This document shows, in pieces, positions 20,376-31,192 of a stretch of DNA of 64,000 nt. The stretch is from an uncultured Holophagales bacterium (GTDB lineage: Bacteria; Acidobacteriota; Thermoanaerobaculia; Multivoradales; UBA5704): the NCBI GenBank assembly GCA_963842525.1, contig CAWJGT010000003.1, positions 320,001 to 384,000 on the forward strand. Direction: 5' to 3'. Below the pieces are notes generated by a model that made no database searches, had not been told where the DNA came from, and was given only the letters and a program-made list of their open reading frames with translations. Each line of letters opens with the position of its first letter. Position 1 is the stretch's first letter. Both the position numbers and the translations under genes were made by a program.

Positions 20376-21407
20376 ATGTTGTGGATCGTTTTGCTTCTTG
20401 CTTGTGGCGGGGACTCGGGAACGATGGACACGGTTCCGTTGGGAACGATTGGGAGCGCCGGGAGCGGGCCTCCCGCGGTGCCGGGGCTCCGGCCGGGGGT
20501 GATGGAGCTGTGGCGTTGGCGGGAGCCTCGCCAGCGGGTGGTGATCGATCAGGCCGGGGTGGCTCTCGGACCGGTCGGCGAGCCCCTCGAGCGCACTCTG
20601 TTCCTCACGTCCGGCCGGCTTCAGGACCTCCAGTTCTTCCTCCGCACGTACGCGCAGTTCCGCGCCTGGACGCCCGAGGGCGAGCTGGTCTTCGGCGGCA
20701 GGGGGTCCTTCCGGCCAGGTGGGGCGGAGCGGCGGATGGTCCTCGAATGGGCACGGCTCGTCGCGGCGGAGGCCATGGGTGGAAGGAGCAGCTCCGCCTA
20801 TGGGCTGATGCTGGCCTGGCATCGCGGCGAGGGGACGGCGAGCTGCGACGACCTTGCCGTGTTTCTGACCGGTGAGGTGCTCGCCGGCTCGTGCTCCTGG
20901 GACGAGGAGGTCTCCGGCCGCCTCCGCCCCGAGGTGCTCGTCCGGTTCTATGGCTGGTTCGACCGCCTGAAGCCTCTCCAGGAGGGAGGCGGGATCCGGG
21001 GCGGCGCCGAGCAGGAACAGTTCCGGATGATCTTCGCCGGCCGCGGCCGGGACGAGGCCTCGGCCACCGAGATCTCGGCTCTGCGGAGCCTCGCCCCGGC
21101 CCTCCATCGTGAGCTGGCGGCGCGCCGGCCGGCCCCTCCCCAGCCGCAGCCTCCGCCGGAGGAGGCCGCCGTGGACAAAAAGAGGCCCGGCAAGCCGCCG
21201 CAGCCAGCCGCTCCCGAGCCGCCGCCGGGGCCGAGCCTCCTGCTGCCGCCGCAGGCCCCTGGCAGCATCCCCCTGCCGGAGGCGAAGCTGCCGCCTTACA
21301 TCCCGCCGCCGCCCATCCGGAAGAAGGCCCTCTCCCCCATCCCCTCTCCCGCGCGACCCCCGTCCCCCACCCCGAGCGGGAGAGGGGCGCCGCCACCCGT
21401 CCCCTAG
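20376..21407 (+). CDS. Putative lipoprotein with Pro-rich tail
   Basis: LLLAC lipobox; start uncertain. Confidence 0.55.
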   Translation: MLWIVLLLACGGDSGTMDTVPLGTIGSAGSGPPAVPGLRPGVMELWRWREPRQRVVIDQAGVALGPVGEPLERTLFLTSGRLQDLQFFLRTYAQFRAWTPEGELVFGGRGSFRPGGAERRMVLEWARLVAAEAMGGRSSSAYGLMLAWHRGEGTASCDDLAVFLTGEVLAGSCSWDEEVSGRLRPEVLVRFYGWFDRLKPLQEGGGIRGGAEQEQFRMIFAGRGRDEASATEISALRSLAPALHRELAARRPAPPQPQPPPEEAAVDKKRPGKPPQPAAPEPPPGPSLLLPPQAPGSIPLPEAKLPPYIPPPPIRKKALSPIPSPARPPSPTPSGRGAPPPVP

Positions 21408-21423
21408 GCTTTTCCCCGGGCTC

Positions 21424-22518
21424 TCAGAACCAACCCTTCTTTCTGAAGAAGCGGACCAGCAGCAACCCCACGATCGCCATCAACCCGAGGGCGAACGGGT
21501 AGCCGAAATACCAGTTGAGCTCCGGCATGTTGAGCGGGCTCGCCTCGGGGTTGAAGTTCATCCCATAGACGCCGGCGATGAAGTTCAACGGGATGAAGAT
21601 GGTCGAGATGATCGTGAGCACCTTCATGACCTCGTTGAGGCGGTTGCTGATGCTGGAGAGATAGACCTCCTGCAGGCCCGACGCGAGGTCGCGGTAGGTT
21701 TCGATCATGTCGATCACCTGCACCGTGTGGTCGTAGCAGTCGCGCAGGAAAACCCGGGTCTCGGGGCGGATCAGATGCGATTCCTCGCGCTGGAAGGCGC
21801 TGATCAGATCGCGCTCGGGCCAAGCGGCGCGTCGCAGCGCGAGCAGGTCGCGTTTGATCTGGTGCACTTCGTGGAGGACCTGCGGCGAAGGGCGGAGGAT
21901 GACCTCGTCCTCCAGGGACTCGATCTTCTCGCCGAACTTTTCGAGCGCCGGAAAGAACTCGTCCACCAGGGCGTCGATCAGCGCATAGACGAGATAGTCG
22001 GAGCCCATGGTGCGGATCTGGCCACCGACCTTGCGGATGCGCTGGCGGACCGCCTCGAAGGAGTCGCCCGGCACCTCCTGGAAGGTGATCACATAGTTGT
22101 TGGCCATGACGAAGCTGATCTGTTCCGTCTCCAGCTCTTCCTTGTAGATCAGCGACCTCATCACGATGAAGTGATACGAGCCGTAATCCTCGATCTTGGG
22201 CCGCTGCCCGCAGTTCACGATGTCTTCCAGGGTGAGGCGATGGATATCGAAGATCCGGCCCACGGCCTCGATCAGGGAGACGTCATGGAGCCCTTCGATG
22301 TTGATCCAGGTGACGGTCGGCGTGTCGCAGTAGCGGGCCAGTTCCTCGACGTTTTCGATGACCTTCTCTTCGAAACGGCCGGGTCCGTAATCGATGACCG
22401 TGATCCGGGTCGGACCCGCCGACGGGGTGTCGGGGGCACGGAGCGTCCCGGGCGCGGTGCCCGGGGTGTGATAGCGCTTGCCCATCCTGGACCGCCGCTT
22501 GCCGCCATTGCGAGCCAT
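21424..22518 (-). CDS. corA: Magnesium/cobalt transporter CorA
   Basis: QRPKIEDY, GVYGMNF, MPEL motifs. Confidence 0.95.
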   Translation of the reverse strand: MARNGGKRRSRMGKRYHTPGTAPGTLRAPDTPSAGPTRITVIDYGPGRFEEKVIENVEELARYCDTPTVTWINIEGLHDVSLIEAVGRIFDIHRLTLEDIVNCGQRPKIEDYGSYHFIVMRSLIYKEELETEQISFVMANNYVITFQEVPGDSFEAVRQRIRKVGGQIRTMGSDYLVYALIDALVDEFFPALEKFGEKIESLEDEVILRPSPQVLHEVHQIKRDLLALRRAAWPERDLISAFQREESHLIRPETRVFLRDCYDHTVQVIDMIETYRDLASGLQEVYLSSISNRLNEVMKVLTIISTIFIPLNFIAGVYGMNFNPEASPLNMPELNWYFGYPFALGLMAIVGLLLVRFFRKKGWF

Positions 22519-22590
22519 GGCTCCTCCTGCCGCCCCATCGGGCGGTTCCTCCGAGATTATCGCGGACGTGAACGGGGTGAGGGGCCGCCG

Positions 22591-23856
22591 TTACGTGCAG
22601 ACGCTCCGGCCCAGGGCGCCGGCGAGCGCGGCGCAGGCGTCGACCTGGCCGATGGCGGGGGAGGTGTCGCCTGGCTCCGAGGGGAGGAAGCGGGCGGTCC
22701 GCCGGATGAGGGCGGCGAGCTGCTGCGGGGTGAGCTTCGGCTCCCGTTCGAGGAGCAGGGCGGCGATCCCCGAGACCTGGGCGGCCGCGAGCGAGCTGCC
22801 TGAAAAGAAGTCATATGATCCATGCGGGACGGTGCTGAGGATGTCCACCCCCGGCGCCCCCAGCGAGCCCCGGGCCCGCGAGCGGGCCCGCTGCCGCCCC
22901 TCGGCGTCGACCCCCTGCACGCCGAGGACCCCTTGGAGAGTGGCAGGAAAGCTCGGACCGCCATCCCCGGCGTCCGCCGCCACGACCATGATCCCGCGGG
23001 CGAGCGCCACGCCCAGCAGCCGGGCGAGCAGCGGATCGTGCGGGCCGGCGAGGCTGAAGTTGAGGATCTGCGCCCCCTGCACGATGGCGAAGTCGACGGC
23101 CTTGGCCAGCGTGTAGCTGTCGCACAGCGCCTCGCGGGTCGCGGGACCCTTCTGCCAACAGGCCTTCAAGGCGAAAATCTCGGCCTGCGGAGCCACCCCG
23201 ACGATGCCCACCTGGTTGTTCGTCGCCGCGGCGATCACCCCCGCCACGGCCGTGCCGTGGACGTCGCTGGTGAAGGCCTGCTGGCTGCGATCGACGAAGT
23301 TGCTGGCCTTCACGATCCGCCCCTGGAGGTCCGGATGGTCGAGGTCGACGCCGGTGTCGATGACCGCGATCCGGATCCCCTTCCCGGTCGACCAGTGGTG
23401 GGCCTGCTCCAGGTGGAGGACCTGGACGCTCCTCTGGAGATGGACGTAGGGGTCGTTGTACCCCTGCCGGGCGGCCAGCGTCGCGAACGTCGCGATCGCC
23501 TGCGCGGATTCGACCCGGGGATCGGAGGAGAGACGGCGGAGGATGTCCTCGACCGGACGGTTGCGCGGGACCTCGAAGACCACGCACTGCTCGCCGAGCG
23601 TGGCGAGGGTCCACGAGAAGACCGTGCGCAGGCGGTAGGTCTGCGCCAGCTCGCCGGTCACGCGCGACCAGATCGCCGGCGGCGCCGGCGCCAGCATGAC
23701 CATCACCTGCCGGGCCGTGGCCTCGCCCGTCGTGGCCTCGCCGGCCGTGGCCTCCGTGGCTGCTGCGGGTGGAGCCGCTTCCGGACGGCCGGGCCCGGGC
23801 GTGCTGCCGGCGCAGCCCCCCAGGCCGAGAAGGAGCACGGCGAGGAGCGCCCTCAC
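22591..23856 (-). CDS. S8 (subtilisin-like) serine peptidase, lipoprotein
   Basis: IDTG, HGTAVAG, SGSSLAA triad; lipobox LGGC; start may be GTG 23856 or 24003. Confidence 0.88.
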   Translation of the reverse strand: MRALLAVLLLGLGGCAGSTPGPGRPEAAPPAAATEATAGEATTGEATARQVMVMLAPAPPAIWSRVTGELAQTYRLRTVFSWTLATLGEQCVVFEVPRNRPVEDILRRLSSDPRVESAQAIATFATLAARQGYNDPYVHLQRSVQVLHLEQAHHWSTGKGIRIAVIDTGVDLDHPDLQGRIVKASNFVDRSQQAFTSDVHGTAVAGVIAAATNNQVGIVGVAPQAEIFALKACWQKGPATREALCDSYTLAKAVDFAIVQGAQILNFSLAGPHDPLLARLLGVALARGIMVVAADAGDGGPSFPATLQGVLGVQGVDAEGRQRARSRARGSLGAPGVDILSTVPHGSYDFFSGSSLAAAQVSGIAALLLEREPKLTPQQLAALIRRTARFLPSEPGDTSPAIGQVDACAALAGALGRSVCT

Positions 23857-23999
23857 CCCCTGGCCCCCTCTCCCGTGCGTCCTCCATCCCCGCACCCCGA
23901 ACGGGAGAGGGGGAAGAGGAGAAGGCCGGGTGGCGGCGCCCCTCTCCCGCTCGGGGAGGGGGGTGGTGGCCGCGCGGGGGAGGGGTCGGGGGAGGGGGC

Positions 24000-24758
24000 T
24001 CACCGGGCGGACCCTCCCGAGCCGCCGTTCACGGGCTCGGCGAAGCTCACCTTCGGCCGGGCGCGCAGGTTGGCGAGCACGCGGTCCAGGGGATCGGGCC
24101 CGGCGGGGACCTCCACGGTGTAGACGCCCAGCGCCGAGGGCCCGGAGACGATCTGGCCGCGCAGGCTCAGGAGGAGGTCCCGGATCTCCTTCTCCGTGGC
24201 GCCGTCGGCGAAGACCACCCGCACCAGGATGCCCGGGGTGCCTGGGGTGTCCGGAGATGTGGGCGGGCGCGCAGCCGTCTCGGGATCCGACAGCGTGCGG
24301 TAGATCGCCGGCGCCGCCGGCGGTTGTCCAGGCTGGGGCTCGGCTGCCGGACGCCAGAGCAGGAATCCCGCGAGCCCCACGACGAGCAGGAGCTGGGCGG
24401 CCAGGGCACCGCGGATCAAGGGTGGAGCCGCGGCGATCCCGGAGCGGAGGGCGCGGAACGGCGCAAACATCCGCCGCCTATCCTTGTCGTGGCGGTCGCC
24501 GAGCCCTTTCTCCTCGGCCTCGATCCGCGCCATCACCCGGGCGAGCTGCGCCGGATGGAGCGACGGCGCGATCTCCTCGGTCTGGCGGACCGCTTCGCCC
24601 AGCCGGCGGCAGGTCTCGAGCTCCGCCTGGCAGCGGAGGCAGCGTTCGAGATGCCCTTCGACCGTGCGCTGCTCGAGCGTCGCAAGCGTTCCGTTGACGT
24701 ACCAGGGGAGCAGCTCCCAGACTCTCCGGTGCAGGCGCTCCTCGCGATCCTTGATCAT
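24000..24758 (-). CDS. Zinc-finger (zf-HC2) anti-sigma factor
   Basis: ELLPWYVNG..HLERCLRC, then a TM helix; follows the ECF sigma gene. Confidence 0.88.
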   Translation of the reverse strand: MIKDREERLHRRVWELLPWYVNGTLATLEQRTVEGHLERCLRCQAELETCRRLGEAVRQTEEIAPSLHPAQLARVMARIEAEEKGLGDRHDKDRRRMFAPFRALRSGIAAAPPLIRGALAAQLLLVVGLAGFLLWRPAAEPQPGQPPAAPAIYRTLSDPETAARPPTSPDTPGTPGILVRVVFADGATEKEIRDLLLSLRGQIVSGPSALGVYTVEVPAGPDPLDRVLANLRARPKVSFAEPVNGGSGGSAR

Positions 24759-24770
24759 CTACCCTCCTCC

Positions 24771-25340
24771 TCAACCCGCGTGGCCCGAGATCCCCATCTC
24801 CGGCAGCAGCTCCCTGAGCCGCCTGCGGGCATGAAACATCCTCGTCTTCACCGTATTGACCGGACAGCCCAGGATCTCCGCGATCTCCTGGTAGGGAAGA
24901 CCGTAATAGTAGGTCAGCTCCACCACGGCCCGTTGCTCGGCCGGCAAGGCCCGTAGAGCCCGGCCCAGGAGGCTCGCCAGCTCCCTGCGGGCGAGCAGGC
25001 TCTCCGGCTCGTCGCGCTCCACGGGCTCGGCGGTCTCGGACGCCTCGCTGTCCTCCGGCCGCGCACCGGCCGGCCGCCGCGCCAAGGCCTTGAGGGCCTT
25101 GTGGTAGGCGATCCCGAAGATCCAGGTCGAGGGCCGGGAACGGCCGTCGAAGCTCGCCGCTCCCCTCCATATCGCGAGCATGACGTCATTCAAGACCTCC
25201 TCGACCACGTCGACCCGCCGCGTCAGCTTGAAAAGATAGGCAAAGAGGCGCCGATAGTACTGCTGATACAGAGCCTCGAAGGCCCTACGGTCCTTGGCCG
25301 CGATGCGGCGGAGAAGGGAGAGCTCTGAGTCTGGAGCCAT
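24771..25340 (-). CDS. ECF RNA polymerase sigma factor
   Basis: STWIFGIAYHKA; YQEIAEILGCPVNTVKTRMFHAR. Confidence 0.93.
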   Translation of the reverse strand: MAPDSELSLLRRIAAKDRRAFEALYQQYYRRLFAYLFKLTRRVDVVEEVLNDVMLAIWRGAASFDGRSRPSTWIFGIAYHKALKALARRPAGARPEDSEASETAEPVERDEPESLLARRELASLLGRALRALPAEQRAVVELTYYYGLPYQEIAEILGCPVNTVKTRMFHARRRLRELLPEMGISGHAG

Positions 25341-25483
25341 GAGCCGCCTCGTGTCCAGTATGTCCCGGAAACGGCGGAAAGGTTCACATCGCGCGAGAAG
25401 AACCTTTTTCCGCCCATGGAGGACACACGGACAGCCGCGATCCTGCCCAGGCATCGCGTGCACTGCGAAAAGGAGGTCAGCTC

Positions 25484-25912
25484 ATGTCGCGGACTCGTGG
25501 GTTCCTGCTGCTTCTGCTTGCGGTCCTGGCCGTTCCACTGATCATCTCCTCGTGTGGAGGAGGTGGCGGCGGCAGCTCGTCTCCGACGGCGCCGCCGGCG
25601 CCGGCGCCACCGGTGGTCGTGGTGGTGCAGGTGAGGGACTTCGGCTTCGAGCCCAGATCGATCACCGTCCAGCCGGGCGATACGGTGCGCTGGGTGCTCG
25701 CCGGCGCCGACCGCACGCACACGGTCTCGGCCCGCGACGGCTCGTTCGACAGCGGCGTGTCGTTCAGCAGCGCTGCGGGCGTCTTTGAGCGGCGGTTCGA
25801 CACCGCGGGGACCTGGGAGTACTGGTGCTCGTCCCACCGGGACTGCTGCTCGATGCAGGGCTCGGTCCGCGTCGGCACCAACTCGCCGCCGCCGATCCCG
25901 GGATACGAATAG
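25484..25912 (+). CDS. Cupredoxin/plastocyanin-like lipoprotein
   Basis: Lipobox; FEPRSITVQPGDTVRW, HTV, YWCSSH..M copper ligands. Confidence 0.85.
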   Translation: MSRTRGFLLLLLAVLAVPLIISSCGGGGGGSSSPTAPPAPAPPVVVVVQVRDFGFEPRSITVQPGDTVRWVLAGADRTHTVSARDGSFDSGVSFSSAAGVFERRFDTAGTWEYWCSSHRDCCSMQGSVRVGTNSPPPIPGYE

Positions 25913-25952
25913 AGGGAAAGCTGGTCCCGAATTTCTCGAGGAGATCTCTTTT

Positions 25953-27325
25953 ATGCGACACCGCTGTGTCCTGTGGCCGGTCGTCCTGCTCGCCGTGTTG
26001 CTGGCTCCGCTCTCCGTCCAGGCGGCCAACGTGACCGTCAACGTCGTGGATTTCGCCTTCAACCCCAGCACGGTCAACATCCAGGAAGGCGACTCTGTGA
26101 CCTGGACCAACCAGGGCGGCACCCACAACGTCATCGCCGACGACCTCAGCTTCCGCTGCTCCAACGGATGCGACGGAGCCGGCGGCAACGGCAACCCCTC
26201 GTCCGCCGCATGGACCGCGACCCGGACGTTCAACCAGGCCGGGTCGTTCGGCTACCACTGCGAATTCCACGGCGTCGGGATGAGCGGGACGATCGTCGTC
26301 CAGGGCGGAGGAAGCACCCAAGAGCCGGGCGCTCTGCGCTTCAGCCCGGCGAGCACCACGGTCTCCGAAGGAGCCGGCTCGGCGACGGTCACGGTGCAGC
26401 GCATCCTTGGTGACGACGGCGCGGTGTCGGTCCAGTACGCGACGAGCAACGGCACGGCACAGGCCGGCTCCGACTATTCGGCGAAGAGCGGCACCCTCTC
26501 CTGGGGCGACAGCGACGACGCTCCCAAGGCCTTCATGGTCGCGATCACCAACGACACCTCCGCCGAGGGAAACGAGACGATCAACCTGGCCCTGAGCAAT
26601 CCCACCGGCGGCGCGGTGCTGGTCTCTCCGAGCAGCGCGGCGATCACCATCACGGACAACGACGGCAACCCGGGGACTGTGCCTGCGACGCCCACCGATC
26701 TCAAAGCCGAGGCCCACTCGACGTCCGAGGCCATGCTGGCCTGGAAGGACGTGAGCAACGAGACGGGCTACCGGATCGAACGCAAGGTTTTCGGCGGCAC
26801 CTATCAGGAGGCCGCGACCGTACCGGCGAACACGACGACTGCCATGGTCCCCGGTCTGAGCGCCGCGACCTTCTACCTCTTCCGCGTACGCGCCGAGAAC
26901 GGCGCCGGCTTCTCGCCTTATTCGAACGAGGCCTTCGCATCCGCGTTCGATGTGCCGGCCCCGTGCGTGGACTCGCCGACGACCCTCTGCGTGAACAACG
27001 GCCGCTTCCGCATCCAGGCCCTGTGGCGGACGGGCGACGGTGTCGGCGGCAGTGGCGACGGCATGGCCCTGCCCATCGACTCCGCACCCGATTCGGGGCT
27101 CTTCTACTTCTTCAGCCCGTTCGAACCTCGAGATGCTGATCAAGGTCCTGAACGGCTGCAGCCTCAACAACCGGTACTGGGTCTTTTTCGCAGCGACCAC
27201 GAACGTCGAGCTTCTCGGTCGTGGTGACAGACGTCACCAACGGCCGCACGAAGAGCTATTTCAACCCGCTGAACCGGCCTGTCCCGCCGGTCCAGGATAC
27301 GAGCGCGTTCGCCACATGCCCGTGA
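25953..27325 (+). CDS. Secreted cupredoxin + Calx-beta + FN3 protein (frameshifts near 27120 and 27215)
   Basis: HNV..YHCEFH..M; Calx-beta motif (YATSNGTAQAGSDY); FN3 motif (YLFRVRAEN); ends DTSAFATCP. Confidence 0.8.
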
Positions 27326-27419
27326 AGGTCGGGTGACGGCGGTGCTGCGAAGGGCGCTCGTGTCCGACGTGTAGCTGACACGTCGCCAACGTGTGTCAGA
27401 GGCCCCGGAGGGTCCATAG

Positions 27420-28274
27420 AATGGAACCAGGAATCAGAGCGCCGAATCGCCATAATATTTACTGGAAAAGACTTACCGTTCAGAAGCCCCACAGACAGCG
27501 CTTTGGCAAGGCGTTGCTCTCGGCGTCCCCAATCAGTCAACTGCGTCCGATGACGCAAGAAAGGGGATCCTGTCACCTTGCCGTTCGGGTTCCTGGCTCA
27601 AGCTACCGCAAACAGCACCACACAGTTCAGCATCCTCGCCTTGCGGGGTACGCAAACCTATGCCGAGTGGCTCAACGACATCGATGCTGTACCGGCTACG
27701 TTCGACCTTGCGAATGATGCCGGAGACGTTCACGCAGGCTTCTATGGCCAATATACTGTTGGCACGGATGGGACCGCCTCTCAGTCGGGAAGCCGGCCGG
27801 CGGGCTCCCTGGCCCAACAGATCGGCGACCTGTTCGGGAACGGTGGTCTCCTGAACGCGAGCGGGCTGCCGCTCTACGTGACGGGCCACAGTCTTGGGGC
27901 GGCTCTCGCCGTGCTCGCGGCGATGGACGTGGCGAGCAACTTCGCCTCCAATGTGAGCTCCCCTGACGATGTATCACTTTGCACCGCCACGGATCTCCAC
28001 GGACGGCCTTTTCACCTCCGACACGGTATTCGCGGACGCCTTTCAGAAGGCGGTGCCGGGCAGCTTCGCAGTGGTTAACGCAGCCGATATCGTGCCGATC
28101 CTGCCACCGTCTTCACTGGCCTTGGGGCCTTTCACCCTCGAGTTCGTGTCTGCCGTAGCGCCGGGCAATACGGTCACCTATTGCGGCCAGCTTGGCGACA
28201 TCCTTCTCAACCATTCACTCGTAGACAATTACCTCCCTTATACCACGGCACTCGAGCAGGGATTCCCGAGCTAG
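27420..28274 (+). pseudogene. Class 3 lipase family protein, fragmented; start uncertain
   Basis: ALRGT..EW, VHAGF, VTGHSLG, VNAADIVP, NHSL spread over several frames. Confidence 0.7.
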
Positions 28275-28483
28275 AAGCTGCGCGGCCAGAAGCCCCGAAG
28301 GGGCCTGGGCATATAGCCTGGCGCTTCAGCGCCAGGTTTGCGCCCCCCAATTTCCTGGAGCCCTGAAGGGGCGCTGGCATTCCATCCACCCGCAGCGGGG
28401 CTCGCGCCCCTCGCCCATGCCGTCGCCCCTTCGGGGCTGAGGATTGGATGGGGTCGCGGGCACGCTTGGCCGACGGCAGCTTC

Positions 28484-28741
28484 TCACCGGTAGATATCGC
28501 TTCGATGTCCGAGCGCATGAACCACTATGATGTGTTCGCCGTGCAGGACCTCGTAGATGACCCGATAGTCGCCCACCCGGAGCTTGTAGAAATCGGAAAG
28601 ATCGCCGGTAAGAGGTTGTGGCTTGAGGGAATCGAGGTTCTCGGCAAGCCAGTGGAGTCGTTTCACGATCCGAACCCCGACCTGTCTGTCGAGGTTGGCG
28701 AGCTCGCGAGCTGCGAGCTCAAGAATGCGCAACTGATACAT
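28484..28741 (-). CDS. RelE/ParE family toxin
   Basis: FYKLRVGDYRVIY..GHRSDIYR. Confidence 0.9.
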   Translation of the reverse strand: MYQLRILELAARELANLDRQVGVRIVKRLHWLAENLDSLKPQPLTGDLSDFYKLRVGDYRVIYEVLHGEHIIVVHALGHRSDIYR

Positions 28742-28744
28742 CGA

Positions 28745-28963
28745 TCAGGCAAGTCCGAGGCGATGTGCTACGTCATCAAACGACTCACCGCGATCACCTC
28801 GTTCGACCGCCGATCGCTGGTGCTCAAGGCGCTGGCGCAGATCTTCCCGTAGCTCAAGCCCGGCGTCGGGGTCGCCGAGGAGCTCGGTGAGCTTGACCGC
28901 GATCAGCTCCTTGAGCATCTCTTTGAGCTCCTCTGTGGTCATGTTGGCAACGGTCCCACCCAT
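28745..28963 (-). CDS. Cognate antitoxin
   Basis: Small acidic ORF directly upstream of the toxin; DPDAGLEL motif; AAGGAG RBS. Confidence 0.75.
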   Translation of the reverse strand: MGGTVANMTTEELKEMLKELIAVKLTELLGDPDAGLELREDLRQRLEHQRSAVERGDRGESFDDVAHRLGLA

Positions 28964-29241
28964 TTGCATCTCCTTCAGAAGCCTGAATCTTAACACCGGA
29001 CCAGGAGACCGCGGCGGTTCCGCTCAGGAAAACCAGAGAAACCGCGGAGCCCCAGAAGGTGCCGTCGCCCCGCTGGGGCTTGGGGTCAATCGGGGACCGC
29101 AGACCCAGGGCTCACGCCCTGGGCTACACGCCGCCGCCCCCTCCGGGGCTCAGAACATGCTCTCTCCGGTAATCTGGCAAAGTAGAATCAGGAGGCCCGG
29201 CCACAGCCCGTGGTGCCGGGGTCAGCGAGGCCAACAGACCC

Positions 29242-30165
29242 ATGGACATTCTCCAGGCGATCGGAAACACCTCGATAGTTCGACTTCGCAAGGTCGTTCC
29301 GCCCGGGTGTGCAGACATCCTTGTGAAGCTCGAGTGGGAGAACCCTACCGGCAGCGTCAAGGACCGGATGGCCCATACCGTGATCTCGCGGGCGGAGGCG
29401 GATGGCCGGCTGAAGCCTGGAGACACCGTGGTCGACTACACGGGTGGCAGCACGGGGGCATCTCTTGCCTTGGTCTGCGCCGCCAAAGGCTACCGTCTCC
29501 AGATCGTCAGCTCCGATGCGTTCAGCCAGGACAAGCTGGATCAGATGGCGGCGCTGGGGGCGCAGCTCACGCTCGTCCCGAGCGAGGGTGGCCTCACCAC
29601 CAGGAAGCTGATCCTGGACATGATCGAGACCGCCCGCGGGTTGAGCCAGGAGCCTCACACGTACTGGACCGACCAGCTCAACAACTACGACAGCATCGCC
29701 GGCTACTATTCGCTCGGGGAGGAGATCTGGCGCCAGACCAACGGCGAGGTCGACGCTTTCGTGCACTGCGCGGGGACGGCGGCCTCTTCGCGCGGCGTGG
29801 CTACCGTGTTGAAGCGGTACAAGCCGAGCGTCAGGATCGTCGTCGTCGAGCCCGCCGAGTCCTCGGTGTTGCTCGGGGGGCAGCCAGGGCCTCACAAGAT
29901 CGAGGGTGTGGGGATCGGCTACACTCCTCCTCTCTGGGATCCGACCCTCGTGGACGAGGTTCTGCCGGTCAAGACGGACGACGCGAAAGACATGGCGAGG
30001 CGCCTTGCGCGGGAGGAGGCGCTCTTCGGAGGGACGTCGTCCGGAGCCAACGTCGTCGCCGCGCTCCAGGTCGCGGAGCGGCTCGGGCCGGATGCCAAGG
30101 TGGTCACGCTGATGGCCGACTCCGGCCTGAAGTACATGAACACCGACGTGTACAGGAGAAGATGA
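29242..30165 (+). CDS. PLP-dependent cysteine synthase-family protein
   Basis: IGNT, ENPTGSVKDR, GTSSGAN; substrate loop YTGGSTG instead of TSGNTG. Confidence 0.88.
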   Translation: MDILQAIGNTSIVRLRKVVPPGCADILVKLEWENPTGSVKDRMAHTVISRAEADGRLKPGDTVVDYTGGSTGASLALVCAAKGYRLQIVSSDAFSQDKLDQMAALGAQLTLVPSEGGLTTRKLILDMIETARGLSQEPHTYWTDQLNNYDSIAGYYSLGEEIWRQTNGEVDAFVHCAGTAASSRGVATVLKRYKPSVRIVVVEPAESSVLLGGQPGPHKIEGVGIGYTPPLWDPTLVDEVLPVKTDDAKDMARRLAREEALFGGTSSGANVVAALQVAERLGPDAKVVTLMADSGLKYMNTDVYRRR

Positions 30166-30252
30166 GGCGGCCGATCGCGTGCTTTGCGTCCAGCACCCCG
30201 AAGACCTGGCAAGCAGGTTGCTGTAGGTCTGTCGGTGAGGAGACCAGAACCG

Positions 30253-31191
30253 ATGGAGGACCAGAACACCCCCCGACCCCGCCGTTTTCGCAGGTACGCC
30301 GCCGTGGTCCTGCTCCTGGTCTCCGCGCTTTGGACGGTCGGTTGGCTGGTGTCGTCGGGTCCCCTCCCCGACCGGGAGCGGATCCGGCAGGAGGCTTCCC
30401 GGCACGGCTTTCGCAGTCCGAATCAGGACGTGAGCGAGCCCGTCCTCCGCGTCCTGTCCTACAACATCCACGGCCAGGCCCATCTCTTCGACAGCCGGTA
30501 CCTGGAACGCATCGCCCGGGTCATCCGCGAGCTCGAGCCGGACGTGGTCGGGCTCCAGGAGGTGCACCGCGGCGGCTGGAAGGCGCGGTACGAGGACCAG
30601 GCGGCAGTGATCGCCCGGCTCACCGGCATGGAGGTGGCCTATGGGCCGAGCTTCGAGGGACGGAGCGCCTCGTTCGGCAACGCCGTGCTCACCTCCGGCG
30701 ACATCGAGCATGTCGAGGTCCTCCCCCTGCCCTCTCCCGGCGAGCCGCGGACCCTCCTGCGCTCCCGCATCCGCGTCGGCTCCTTCGGCCTCGACTTCTA
30801 CGTCACCCATCTCGCCGCCTGGGGACGCCTCGGGCGGTCGGCACGAGGCATGCAGACCAATACGCTTCTCGAAAGGCTCCCGCAGTCGGAGGGGCCTTTC
30901 GTGCTGGTGGGGGACCTGAACGCCGCCCCGGCCGCGCCCGAGCTCCGGCCGCTCCTGGCGGCGCAGCTCTTCCGGATGTGCGGCGATGCGGCGGTCTGTA
31001 CCCACCGGATCATGCGCGAGCGGATCGATTACGTCTTCGCCGATCCGGGCTGGACAACCCTCTCGTCGCGCGCCATCGAGACTGGCCCGTCGGACCATTG
31101 GCCGGTCCTCGTCGAGCTCCGGCGAGACACGGCATCAACCGAGCTGCATCCGAAGCAGGCCCTGAAGCCGGAGCTTCCGGCGGGGAGGTGA
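30253..31191 (+). CDS. Endonuclease/exonuclease/phosphatase family protein
   Basis: SYNI, LQEV, GDLN, IDY, SDHWPV. Confidence 0.9.
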   Translation: MEDQNTPRPRRFRRYAAVVLLLVSALWTVGWLVSSGPLPDRERIRQEASRHGFRSPNQDVSEPVLRVLSYNIHGQAHLFDSRYLERIARVIRELEPDVVGLQEVHRGGWKARYEDQAAVIARLTGMEVAYGPSFEGRSASFGNAVLTSGDIEHVEVLPLPSPGEPRTLLRSRIRVGSFGLDFYVTHLAAWGRLGRSARGMQTNTLLERLPQSEGPFVLVGDLNAAPAAPELRPLLAAQLFRMCGDAAVCTHRIMRERIDYVFADPGWTTLSSRAIETGPSDHWPVLVELRRDTASTELHPKQALKPELPAGR

Positions 31192-31192
31192 C

